A stretch of 64,000 nucleotides of DNA, taken from NCBI GenBank assembly GCA_963667785.2, contig CAXXMU010000002.1:512001-576000 (forward strand). The letters are read 5' to 3'. Source of the DNA: Alphaproteobacteria bacterium. GTDB taxonomy: Bacteria; Pseudomonadota; Alphaproteobacteria; UBA828. Both the position numbers and the translations under genes were made by a program. Shown one piece after another: positions 20,403 through 29,640 of the stretch. The notes under the pieces were generated by a model. It worked only from the letters and a program-made list of their open reading frames with translations, was not told the origin of the DNA and ran no database searches. Numbering within the stretch: the first letter of the stretch is position 1; every line of letters starts with the position of its first letter.

Positions 20403-20436
20403 AGGACGCCGTCCCGATGGGGCGGCGTTCTTTTTC
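20403..20436 (+). terminator. intrinsic terminator after the Cys-rich peptide gene
   Basis: GACGCCGTCCC-GAT-GGGGCGGCGTT stem followed by CTTTTT. Confidence 0.8.
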
Positions 20437-20535
20437 GTGCCGGACGCAGGTCGCGCCTGCCCGCCGGTGGACGCGGCAGGGCCGGTTGTGTAGGGATTGA
20501 GAGGGCCCCGGCCGGTGCAGGAGCGAGCGACGCGA

Positions 20536-21549
20536 ATGCTGGACAAGTTCGAACGCTATCCGCTGACCTTCGGCCCGACTCCCATCGAGAAGCTGAGCCG
20601 GCTGTCCGAGCATCTCGGCGGCGCAGTCGAGCTCTACGCCAAGCGCGAGGACTGCAATTCGGGCCTCGCCTTCGGCGGCAACAAGGTACGCAAGCTCGAA
20701 TACATCGTTCCGGACGCCATCGCGTCGAACGCCGATACGCTCGTCACCATCGGCGGAGTCCAGTCGAACCATACGCGGCAGGTCGCTGCGGTCGCTGCCA
20801 AGCTCGGCATGAGGTGCCGCTTGGTGCAGGAAAGCTGGGTGCCGTTCGAGGACGCCGTCTACGACCGCGTCGGCAACATCCTGATGAGCCGCGTCATGGG
20901 GGCGGAGATCGAGCTGGTGGACGAAGGCTTCGACATCGGCATCAGGGAGAGCTGGGAACGGGCGATCGAGGACGTGAAGGCGCGGGGCGGGAAGCCCTAC
21001 GCCATCCCGGCCGGCGCCTCGGTCCACAAGTTGGGTGGGCTCGGCTACGTCGGCTTCGCCGAGGAGGTGCGGGCGCAGGAGGAGGCGCTCGGCTTCAGGT
21101 TCGACTACGTCATCGTCTGCACCGTCACCGGCTCGACCCATGCCGGCATGCTCGTCGGCTTCGCCAAGGACGGGCGCGCCGCGCGGGTGGTCGGGATCGA
21201 CGCCTCCGGCACGCCGGCCCAGACGCGCGCCCAGGTCATGGAGATCGCCCGCAACACGGCGGAGCTCGTGGCGCTCGGCCGCGAGATCGCGGACGACGAT
21301 CTCGTGCTGCTCGAGGACTATGCCTATCCCGCCTACGGCGTGCCGTCTGCCGAGACCAACGACGCGATCCGCCTCGCGGCCCGCACGGAAGGGATGATGA
21401 CCGATCCCGTCTACGAGGGGAAATCCATGCAGGGGATGATCGACCTGGTACGGAAGGGCTACTTCCCGTCGGGCTCCAGGGTGCTCTACGCCCATCTCGG
21501 CGGCGTGCCGGCCATCAACGGCTACAGCTACGTCTATCGCAACGGCTAG
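20536..21549 (+). CDS. acdS: 1-aminocyclopropane-1-carboxylate deaminase
   Basis: [21 protein letters not shown] (PLP Lys) and [15 protein letters not shown] (diagnostic Glu) and YAHLGG (diagnostic Leu) separate AcdS from D-cysteine desulfhydrase. Confidence 0.95.
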   Translation: MLDKFERYPLTFGPTPIEKLSRLSEHLGGAVELYAKREDCNSGLAFGGNKVRKLEYIVPDAIASNADTLVTIGGVQSNHTRQVAAVAAKLGMRCRLVQESWVPFEDAVYDRVGNILMSRVMGAEIELVDEGFDIGIRESWERAIEDVKARGGKPYAIPAGASVHKLGGLGYVGFAEEVRAQEEALGFRFDYVIVCTVTGSTHAGMLVGFAKDGRAARVVGIDASGTPAQTRAQVMEIARNTAELVALGREIADDDLVLLEDYAYPAYGVPSAETNDAIRLAARTEGMMTDPVYEGKSMQGMIDLVRKGYFPSGSRVLYAHLGGVPAINGYSYVYRNG

Positions 21550-21603
21550 CGGCGGCGGATACGCTCGCCGCCCGGCCCGATTCATCCGATTCAGGAGGGT
21601 GTC

Positions 21604-22425
21604 ATGGCCGCTCAACGCATCGGTGCCTACGTCGAGGTCGCGCCCGGCGTCGACATCTACTACGAGGACGAGGGCGAGGGGAGCGCGCTGGTCCTCATTC
21701 CCGGCTGGACCTTCACCACCAGGGTCTTCGACCATCAGTTCGCCGCGTTCGCGAGCGAGTATCGGGTGATCTCCTTCGACCCCCGCAGCCACGGCCGCTC
21801 GACGGTGACCAGTGATGGCAACAACTACGCCACCCAGGCGGCCGATCTCGCGGCGCTGCTGGAGCATCTGTCGGTCGAAAACCCGGTCCTCCTGGGCTGG
21901 TCGGCGGGGTCGCTGACGGCGTGGCACCACGTCCGCAACCGGGGGACCGAGGGGATCCGGGGCCTGGTCTCCGTCGACATGCCGCCGCTCGGCATGAGCT
22001 ATGACCGGGACGACTGGGTCGAGGGGGCGATCCCCGATCTCGCCGGGTTCTTCCAGGGGGTCCAGACCGCCCAGGGCCAGCGCGGCGTCGTCACCTGGTA
22101 CGCCGACAACGTCATGATCGAAGGCGAGATGACGCCGGAGGTGACCGCGTGGGTGGTGGAGCAGTCGCTGGCTACGCCGCCGATCGTCGCCGCCAATCTC
22201 ATCGCCGACGTGTGCTTCGCCAACTATCTCGACGAGGCGAAGCAGGTGGATGCGGCGATCCCCTCCCTCTACTACGTCGCCGACCACTGGGCCGCGACGG
22301 CCAAGCCGTTCCTGGCAAAGCATTGCCCGAACGCGCGTGTCGAGGCGTTCGGCGGCCACATGATGTTCTGGGAGTATCCCGAGCGGTTCAACGCGACGTT
22401 GGCGGAGTTCCTGTCTGCCCTCTGA
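21604..22425 (+). CDS. alpha/beta fold hydrolase (non-heme haloperoxidase/arylesterase-like)
   Basis: LIPGW, DPRSHGRS, LGWSAG nucleophile elbow, GGHMMFWE.PERFN. Confidence 0.88.
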   Translation: MAAQRIGAYVEVAPGVDIYYEDEGEGSALVLIPGWTFTTRVFDHQFAAFASEYRVISFDPRSHGRSTVTSDGNNYATQAADLAALLEHLSVENPVLLGWSAGSLTAWHHVRNRGTEGIRGLVSVDMPPLGMSYDRDDWVEGAIPDLAGFFQGVQTAQGQRGVVTWYADNVMIEGEMTPEVTAWVVEQSLATPPIVAANLIADVCFANYLDEAKQVDAAIPSLYYVADHWAATAKPFLAKHCPNARVEAFGGHMMFWEYPERFNATLAEFLSAL

Positions 22426-22436
22426 CCCGGTCTTGA

Positions 22437-22868
22437 CTAGCTCTCGGCGATTGTGACGTTCCCGATCCAGCGCTGGCTGCGGCGCGCGAGGCGTCCGGGC
22501 ACGTCCTCCGCCTCGTAGTCGGCGACGGGCACGCTCGCCCGGTCCACGTCGAGCGGCGGGGAGAGCAGGTTCGCGTTCATGACGGCGTAGAGGCGGCCTT
22601 CGATCTCGCTCGTGGCGCAGGCCACCACGCCGCAGCGGCCGCAGACGAGAAAGGTCGCCGTCTCGTGGCCGAAGGCATAGCGGCTGACACGCTTGGGCTC
22701 GGCAAGCGTGACCGCAAGGCGCGCGCCCGGCGCGGAGACATAGAGGCTGCCGTGCTTCTGGCAGAAGCTGCAGCCGCAATGACGCGGCGAGAGGCCGCCG
22801 GCGTCGTCCACCTCGAGAGCGACGCCGATCGCGCCGCAGTGGCAGGCGCCATGCAGGGTATCGGCCAC
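22437..22868 (-). CDS. GFA/CENP-V family zinc-binding protein
   Basis: GACHCGAI, CGCSFCQK and CGRCGV Cys pattern. Probable GTG start at 22868 after a GAGGGAG RBS. Confidence 0.85.
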   Translation of the reverse strand: MADTLHGACHCGAIGVALEVDDAGGLSPRHCGCSFCQKHGSLYVSAPGARLAVTLAEPKRVSRYAFGHETATFLVCGRCGVVACATSEIEGRLYAVMNANLLSPPLDVDRASVPVADYEAEDVPGRLARRSQRWIGNVTIAES

Positions 22869-22987
22869 TGGACATTCTCCCTCTTCGCGACGATGTATTC
22901 GCATGGGCGCGCAATGACTCTCAACCGACGATCGCGCAAGCCCGGCCGCAGCGCCAGACACCGACGGGACGAACCGAGGAGCCATCG

Positions 22988-23830
22988 ATGAGCAGCGACG
23001 AGACCCGGGCTGAGCCGACGCCCACCTACACCATGGGCTATGGGCCCGAGTTCCGAAAGATGCTGGAGCGCCGCAACGCGGCGGACTGCGCCGCGCACCT
23101 GCTGCCTCATCTCGAGCCCGGCATGCGCCTTCTCGACCTCGGCTGCGGCCCCGGCACGATTTCGGTGGGACTGGCGGATGCGGTGGCGCCCGGCGCGCTG
23201 CATGGCGTCGACATGGAAGAGACACAGATCGAGATGGCACGGGCGGCTGCCGCGGCCGGCGGGCACGGGAACGCGACGTTCCAGACCGGCGACGCGACCG
23301 ATCTTCCCTTCGACGACGCGAGCTTCGACGTGGCGTTTTGCCATGCGCTGCTCAACCATGCGCCCGACACGCAGGCCGTGCTCGCGGAGGTGAAGCGGGT
23401 GCTGAAGCCGGGCGGCCTCTTCGCCGCACGCGAGGTGTTCGGCGATTCGTCCTTCTTCGAGCCCGCGCGAGATATCGGCGGCATCAGCGGCGAGACCGTG
23501 TGGGCGACGTTCCTCAAGCTGCTCGCAGCCAATGGCGGCCACACACAGATGGGCAGGGAGCTGAAAGCCACCCTTGTCGAGGCCGGGTTCGTCGATATTC
23601 GTGCCTCCGCCTCCTTCGAAACCTACGACACGGCCGACGACCTGGCCTTTCTTCACGGCTTGATTACAGGCTGGTTCTTCGCCCCCCGGACGATGGAGGC
23701 CGCGATCGCACACGGCGTGGCGAGCGAGGCGCAGTTCGACGGCTGGCGCCGCTCGCTGGAGCAGTGGATGGACGAGCCCGGCGCCTTCGCCGGCTTCGCC
23801 TGGGGCGAGGCGGTCGGGCGGAAGCCGTAG
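22988..23830 (+). CDS. class I SAM-dependent methyltransferase (UbiE-like)
   Basis: LLDLGCGPG, LPFDDASFDV and RVLKPGG motifs. Confidence 0.9.
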   Translation: MSSDETRAEPTPTYTMGYGPEFRKMLERRNAADCAAHLLPHLEPGMRLLDLGCGPGTISVGLADAVAPGALHGVDMEETQIEMARAAAAAGGHGNATFQTGDATDLPFDDASFDVAFCHALLNHAPDTQAVLAEVKRVLKPGGLFAAREVFGDSSFFEPARDIGGISGETVWATFLKLLAANGGHTQMGRELKATLVEAGFVDIRASASFETYDTADDLAFLHGLITGWFFAPRTMEAAIAHGVASEAQFDGWRRSLEQWMDEPGAFAGFAWGEAVGRKP

Positions 23831-23845
23831 CGCCTCCTGTTGCGG

Positions 23846-25921
23846 CTATTCCAACGTCACGCGGTAGTTGCCGAGACCGTCCACGACGGCCGCCGCGTCC
23901 TCGGGCACGAGAACGGTCGTCGTCGCTTCCTCGACGATGGCCGGGCCCGCGATCGCGTGGCCGGGCGCAAGGTCGTCGCCGCGGTAGACCGGCACCGTGG
24001 CGTCGCCAGTGCGGCCGGGCAGGTGGACCCGGCGCTCGCCGTAGGCGTTGGCCTTGTGCGCCGGCGCGGCGCCCGAGGCCGGTGCGAGGTCCGTCGCCGC
24101 CGGGCCGATGGCGCGCACCTTCCAGGTGGTGAACTCGACCAGGTCGTCCTCGTTCTTGATCGTGTAGATGCGCTCGTGCATGCGGTGGAAGGCATCGGCC
24201 AGCCCGCCCACGTCGGCGCCGGCGAGCGCGCCGTCCCGCGCGGCAAAGGGAACCTCGATCTCCCACGACTGATACTGGTAGCGCCCGAGATAGGCGTACT
24301 CGAAGCGCTGGCCTGACGCCGCAATGCCGGCGCGGGCGAGGAAGGCGCGGCCCCGCTCCATCAGCGCGGCCAGCAGGTCGTTGACGCCGTCGAGATCGAA
24401 GCGCGCGGCATCCGTCACCAGCGTCGCGGTCTCCTCCCACACGATGTCGGAGATGAGGCCGCCGAAGGCGCTCAGCCCGGCGGAGAACTTCGGCACCATG
24501 TAGCCGGTGACGCCGAGCACCCGCGCCATCTGCCCCATGTGGAGCGCAGTGGCGCCGCCGCCGGCGACGAAGTAGCTCTCGCGCGGGTCGATCCCCTCCT
24601 GCACGGTGATGTCCTCGATCGCGGCGATCATGGTGTGATCGACCGTGCTGGCGATGGCGCGGGCCGCGGCGGCGAGCTCGATGCCGAGGGCGTCGGCGAT
24701 GGTGCCGACGGCCGTCCTGGCGGCGTCCCTGTCGAGCCGCATGCGGCCGCCGAGGAAGTAGTCGGGGTCGATGATGCCGAGCACCACGTCGGCGTCGGTC
24801 ACGGTGGGCCGCGTGCCGCCGAGCCCGTAGCAGGCGGGGCCGGGGTCGGCGCCGGCGCTCTCCGGTCCCACCCGCAGCAGCCCGCCCGCATCGACATGGG
24901 CGATGGAGCCACCGCCGGCACCCACCGAGCGCACGTCGACCTTGGGGATGCCCAGCATGTCGAACTCGGTCAGCATCGCCTCCGGCGAGATGACGAGCTG
25001 GCCGTCGCGCACCGCCGAGACGTCGAACGAGGTGCCGCCCATGTCCACGACGACGAGGTCGGGCGCGTCCGCGAGCCGGCGCGCCGCCACCGGCGCCAGT
25101 GTCGGCCCGGACATGACGCTGTAGATCGGCCGCTCGGCAATCTCGTCCGGCGGCATCATGCCGCCGAGGCAGTTCGCGATCATCAGCTCGCTCTGATAGC
25201 CGCTCTCCCTGAGGCCCCGCTCCAGCGCCTGGACGTAGGCGCTCACCACGGGCCTGAGCGCGGCGTCGATGGCCGCCGAGACGGCGCGGCGGTACTCGCG
25301 GGCGATGGGGTTGAGCCGGTGGCTCAGCGTCACCGGCACCTCGGGCCAGGCGGCGCGGACGATCTCGCCCACCCGCCGCTCGTGCTCGCCGTTCACCACC
25401 GACCAGAGCAGGCAGACGGCGACCGCCTCGACGCCGAGCGTGCGGAAGTCCTCGACCGCCGCGAGAACGTCCTCCTCGGTAAGCGGCGCGCGCTCGGCGC
25501 CGGTGGCGTCGATGCGCCCGCGCACGCCCCGAGTCCTCGGCCGGGGCACGAAGGGCTCGGGGTAGGAGAGGCGCCAGCGGAAGGGCGGCTTGCGGGGCGC
25601 CTCGCGCAGCGTGAGGATGTCGCGGAAGCCGTGGGTGCAGATCAGCCCGACGGCCGCGTGCTTGCCTTCCAGCAGCGCGTTGGTCGAGACCGTCGTGCCG
25701 TGGACGATGCGCTCCACCCGCGCCATGAAGCCCGGCAGCGCCAGCCCGTACCCCTCCGCCGCCAGCGCCAGCGCGTTCATGAAGCCCCGCTCGAAGGCGC
25801 CGGGCGTGGACGGGGTCTTGAAGATCCGCAGGTCCTGGGCGTCGTCCGAGACGACGCAGTCGGTGAACGTGCCGCCGATGTCGATGCAGACCCGGTAACG
25901 CTCGGGCGTGGGTTGGCCCAT
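23846..25921 (-). CDS. hydantoinase/oxoprolinase subunit A (ATP-binding)
   Basis: IDIGGTFTD, HGTTVSTNA, SGP, DMGGTSFD, GAGGGS and GPESAGADPGPACY motifs. Confidence 0.93.
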   Translation of the reverse strand: MGQPTPERYRVCIDIGGTFTDCVVSDDAQDLRIFKTPSTPGAFERGFMNALALAAEGYGLALPGFMARVERIVHGTTVSTNALLEGKHAAVGLICTHGFRDILTLREAPRKPPFRWRLSYPEPFVPRPRTRGVRGRIDATGAERAPLTEEDVLAAVEDFRTLGVEAVAVCLLWSVVNGEHERRVGEIVRAAWPEVPVTLSHRLNPIAREYRRAVSAAIDAALRPVVSAYVQALERGLRESGYQSELMIANCLGGMMPPDEIAERPIYSVMSGPTLAPVAARRLADAPDLVVVDMGGTSFDVSAVRDGQLVISPEAMLTEFDMLGIPKVDVRSVGAGGGSIAHVDAGGLLRVGPESAGADPGPACYGLGGTRPTVTDADVVLGIIDPDYFLGGRMRLDRDAARTAVGTIADALGIELAAAARAIASTVDHTMIAAIEDITVQEGIDPRESYFVAGGGATALHMGQMARVLGVTGYMVPKFSAGLSAFGGLISDIVWEETATLVTDAARFDLDGVNDLLAALMERGRAFLARAGIAASGQRFEYAYLGRYQYQSWEIEVPFAARDGALAGADVGGLADAFHRMHERIYTIKNEDDLVEFTTWKVRAIGPAATDLAPASGAAPAHKANAYGERRVHLPGRTGDATVPVYRGDDLAPGHAIAGPAIVEEATTTVLVPEDAAAVVDGLGNYRVTLE

Positions 25922-27772
25922 CTAGCCGCCGGCCCCGCCGCCCTGCGCCTGCCGCCGCCGCGCCGTCTCCCGGCCGTCGACCTCGTGCGTGATGCCGTCG
26001 GGCGCGAGCCGCAGCGCAACGGCATAGACCTCCTCGGCCTTCTCAAGACTGAGCCAGCCGTTGTCCACCGCGCGGGCGACCGCCCGGGGCTCGCGCCGCG
26101 TCGGCTCGCCGTAGCCGCCGCCGGCCGTGGTGACGAAGCGGAACATCTCGCCGGGGACGCAGCGCTCCTCGTGGAAGGAGGGGAGCGTCACCAAAGCGCC
26201 GTCGGCGCTGCGCTTCTGGTTGACCGACGGCGCCCCGTCGCCGCCGCCGCGCACGCCCTTCGAGGGATAGGTGTCGCCGTCGCTGCAGTAGACCGCCGTC
26301 ATCTCTCCGGCGACGGGGCCGTAGACCGCCAGCGTGCCGGGCGCGCCGTCCCATTCGCCGTGGCCCAGCGTGTCGATGGCGAGCTCGCGGCACTCGAAGA
26401 GGATCGGGAACATGCTCTCGTCGACCTCGGTGGGCGAGAGGATCTGCATGCCGCCGTCCACCGGACCGCCATAGGTGATCCAGCCGTCGTGGCCGGGCAG
26501 CCCCGGCCCGCCGCCGAAGCCGATGAACATCTGGTTGACGTAGGCCTGGCCGTCGCGGCGCGGGTCCTCGCCCGAGATCACCGCGAGCCCCAGCGCCTGC
26601 TGGTAGCCGCCTTCGGCCATGCCGTGGGTCGGCCCGATCTGGGCGAAGCAGCAGGAGACGGCGTTCACCAGCCGGTCGGTGACGTTGGTGGTGGCGACCG
26701 AGGTGCCGACCGGATAGCGCGGCCGGCCGACGATGCAGTTGTCGCGCAGCAGCACCCTTATGCGCCGCGCGCTGCCCTCGTTATGGGGGATGGTGTGGTC
26801 GATGTTGTAGAAGACGCCGGCGCGGCAGGCGGCAATGGAGCAGGTCTCGCTCAGGTTCAGCCCGCCGGGGATGCAGTCGATATTGTCGCGCACGTCGACC
26901 GTGATCAGCGCCGCGTCGGGATCGACGGTCACGGAAGCCCTGACCGGAATTCCCTCGTCGGCGACACCCGGCAGGGGATCGTGCCGGTTCTCGTAGGACC
27001 AGGTGCCCGCCGGCAGCGTCCCGATGGCGGCAGCCGCGCGGCGCTCGCCATAGGCCATCCAGGCCTCGACGAAGGCGGCGACGGTCTCGGTGCCGTACTT
27101 CTCGACCAGCTCCTTGATGCGCCGCTCGGCGGTGCGGCAGGCGCCGACCTGCGCGAGGTAGTCGCCGTACCAGAGGTCGGGCACCCGCACCTTTATCCGG
27201 GCCATGCGGATGATGTCGCGGATCTCGCGGTAGCCGCGCTCGACGCGCACGCCGGGGAAGTGCAGCCCCTCCTCGTAGATGGTCTTGGCGTAGGGCAGGT
27301 AGGTGGACGGGATCGGCGCGCCGACGTCGGCGTGGTGAGCGCGCGAGACGGTCCAGAAGAGCGGCTTGCCGTCGAAGAAGACCGGCACGCAGAGGGTGAG
27401 GTCCGCGTGGTGGGTGACGCCGGTATAGGGGCAGTTGTTGAGGAAGGCGTCGCCCTCCTCGATATCGTCGAAGAGCTCCGTGAGCGGCCGGGTCGTGAGA
27501 TCGATCGCCGCCGCGTGCACCGGGATGCACTCCTCGATGCAGACCAGCCGGTGGTCGTAGGTGAGGATGGCACACGACATGTCGCGCGCGATCTTGATGA
27601 CGCCCGACTTGCTGGCGCGTAGCACGCCGTTGCTCATCTCGCGCAGGATGGCGCCGAAGCGGCTGGAGAGCACCGAAAGCATCATCGGATCGAAGTCCGG
27701 CGCGGCCGCCTCGCCGATGCCGTCTCCACCGACGACGATGGTGTCGGCCGGGAACGGGGCCTGATCGTCCAT
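25922..27772 (-). CDS. hydantoinase B/oxoprolinase subunit (metal-binding)
   Basis: RDMSC, NNCPY..THHAD, HHADVG, IYEEG and TAGGGYGEP motifs. Start corrected to ATG 27772. Confidence 0.92.
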   Translation of the reverse strand: MDDQAPFPADTIVVGGDGIGEAAAPDFDPMMLSVLSSRFGAILREMSNGVLRASKSGVIKIARDMSCAILTYDHRLVCIEECIPVHAAAIDLTTRPLTELFDDIEEGDAFLNNCPYTGVTHHADLTLCVPVFFDGKPLFWTVSRAHHADVGAPIPSTYLPYAKTIYEEGLHFPGVRVERGYREIRDIIRMARIKVRVPDLWYGDYLAQVGACRTAERRIKELVEKYGTETVAAFVEAWMAYGERRAAAAIGTLPAGTWSYENRHDPLPGVADEGIPVRASVTVDPDAALITVDVRDNIDCIPGGLNLSETCSIAACRAGVFYNIDHTIPHNEGSARRIRVLLRDNCIVGRPRYPVGTSVATTNVTDRLVNAVSCCFAQIGPTHGMAEGGYQQALGLAVISGEDPRRDGQAYVNQMFIGFGGGPGLPGHDGWITYGGPVDGGMQILSPTEVDESMFPILFECRELAIDTLGHGEWDGAPGTLAVYGPVAGEMTAVYCSDGDTYPSKGVRGGGDGAPSVNQKRSADGALVTLPSFHEERCVPGEMFRFVTTAGGGYGEPTRREPRAVARAVDNGWLSLEKAEEVYAVALRLAPDGITHEVDGRETARRRQAQGGGAGG

Positions 27773-27777
27773 GCCGG

Positions 27778-29475
27778 CTACACCAGGTTGCGCAGGGACG
27801 CGAGGTCGAAGGCGTCGTCCACGTCGAGCCAGTGGCCGGTCACGTAGAGGACGTCGACGGCGACGCCCCGGGCGATCAGGCGGGCGAAGAGCTGGGGCAG
27901 GTCGGCCGTGTCCAGGGTGCCGTCCTTCGCCATGGCATCCAGCTCGGCCCGCACCTCCGCCGCGCCCGCGGCGCTCAGCCTGGTGAGGCCGATGAACTCG
28001 CCGTGGGCGTCGTCTGCGCCGGCGCTGTCGCTCCAGATCGCCTCCAGCGTCACGCGCTCGTCGTCGAGGTAGCTGCCGGTGAAGGGCCGCGAGCAGCGCA
28101 CCCAGTCGACGGCACGGTCGGGCGCGCGGGAGGAATCCGTCCGCCGCCTCGCGTCCACCACCGTCACGATGTCGCCGTCTGCGGCGAGGAGGCCGTCCAG
28201 TAGATGGCGGCGGAAGAGGATGTCGCCGTAGGAGATGAGACACGGCCCGTAGAGGCGGTTCCCGGCGCAGGCCAGCGAGGCGGCTTCGCCGGTCTCGTCG
28301 TAGCGGTCGTTGTCGACCGCCTCGATCCCGGCCAGGGCGATCGCCTCCTTGCAGTAGCCGCGCACCACCGTGACGTCGATCAGGCCGCTCTTGTTGAGGG
28401 TGCGGATGAGGCGCTGGAGCAGGGGCTCGCCGCGCACGTCGATCATGCACTTCGGCCGCCGCTCGGTAAGCGGGCCGAGCGCCGCGCCGCGCGAGGCCGC
28501 GAGCAGAATCGCGCGATGGCCTCCGCCGGCGGCGAGGTAGCGGGCCTCGGCCGCCGCAAGTTCAGCCTGGCCGGTCAGCTCGAACACCTCGCGCACCGGC
28601 GTGATTTCGCCTTCGACGGCGGTGAGCGATTCGCTCTCCTTGATGGCCCGGCTCACCTGGCGCATCGCCGTGACCGCCGCCCGCATGTTGTGATTGGCCC
28701 AGATCACCATGGAGACGCCGGCCTCGCGGAACGCCTGGGTCGGCGTCCGGTGATACATGGTCGGCACGATCACCACCGGCGCGCGGGCGCCCCAGGAGGC
28801 GCAGAAGTCGGTGATCTCGTCGGCGGTCTCCCGCTTGGAGTGGATCAGCACCGCGTCGGCACCGGCCCGCTGGTAGGCCTCCGCGCGGCGCAGCGCCTCG
28901 TCCATGCCCCAGCCGGCGATCAGCGCCTCGACGCGGGCCACGAGCTGGAAGTCGTCGTCGCTCTGGCTGTCCTTGCCCGCCTTGATGCGGCCGCAGAACT
29001 CGTCAACGTCCGCCAGCGGCTGGTTCTCGCCGATGAACGAGTTGGTCTTGGGGAAGAGCTTGTCCTCGATGCAGACGCCGGCGATGCCGCGCTGGCACAG
29101 CTTCCTCACCAGACGGCGCACGTTGTTGAAGTTGCCGTAGCCGGTGTCGCCATCCACGAGGATCGGTATCGCGGTGGCGTCCGCCATGAACTCCAGCATC
29201 TCGAGCACCTGGGTCCACGAGGCCTCGTTGCTGTCGCGCACGCCGAGCGCTGCCGACATCGAGAGGCCCGAAGCCCAGACGCCCTCGAAGCCGGCCTCCT
29301 CAACGATCTTGGCGGAGAGGCCGTTGTGCGCCTCCATGATGAAGGCGAGCGCGGGGGACTGCAGCAGGTCGCGCAGCCGCGTCGTCTTGGCGGGCGCCTC
29401 TGCCCGGGCGCTGCCGATGGGGAGAGTCCGTGCCATGGTGGATAGCCGCTTCGTCGCCTGTTCGTCCATGAACAT
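27778..29475 (-). CDS. pepM: phosphoenolpyruvate mutase fused to C-terminal NTP-transferase (phosphonate cytidylyltransferase-like) domain
   Basis: [15 protein letters not shown] and diagnostic [10 protein letters not shown] (EDKxxxxxNS). C-terminal AILLAASRG...RPKCMID...YGDILF...WLDVDD. Start may be 29469 or 29436. Confidence 0.95.
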   Translation of the reverse strand: MFMDEQATKRLSTMARTLPIGSARAEAPAKTTRLRDLLQSPALAFIMEAHNGLSAKIVEEAGFEGVWASGLSMSAALGVRDSNEASWTQVLEMLEFMADATAIPILVDGDTGYGNFNNVRRLVRKLCQRGIAGVCIEDKLFPKTNSFIGENQPLADVDEFCGRIKAGKDSQSDDDFQLVARVEALIAGWGMDEALRRAEAYQRAGADAVLIHSKRETADEITDFCASWGARAPVVIVPTMYHRTPTQAFREAGVSMVIWANHNMRAAVTAMRQVSRAIKESESLTAVEGEITPVREVFELTGQAELAAAEARYLAAGGGHRAILLAASRGAALGPLTERRPKCMIDVRGEPLLQRLIRTLNKSGLIDVTVVRGYCKEAIALAGIEAVDNDRYDETGEAASLACAGNRLYGPCLISYGDILFRRHLLDGLLAADGDIVTVVDARRRTDSSRAPDRAVDWVRCSRPFTGSYLDDERVTLEAIWSDSAGADDAHGEFIGLTRLSAAGAAEVRAELDAMAKDGTLDTADLPQLFARLIARGVAVDVLYVTGHWLDVDDAFDLASLRNLV

Positions 29476-29640
29476 GCGGTATCACGATGATATAAAAGGG
29501 TAACGACAAGCCGGTGCCGATGCAACGCGGCGCCCCATGTCCTTCCCTTATCGGGAGTCCTGCGCGACGGTGCATCGTGAACCACGAGAATGCGCCGGCC
29601 CCGCGGCGCCTCCCGGCGCGATCTGAGAAGACGGAGCCGC

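Noticed and set aside
20095-22914. 939-aa minus-strand ORF
   Set aside because: Antisense to acdS, the hydrolase and the Cys peptide. No domain signal.
24539-27622. 1027-aa plus-strand ORF
   Set aside because: Antisense to the hydantoinase A/B genes, a GC-bias artefact
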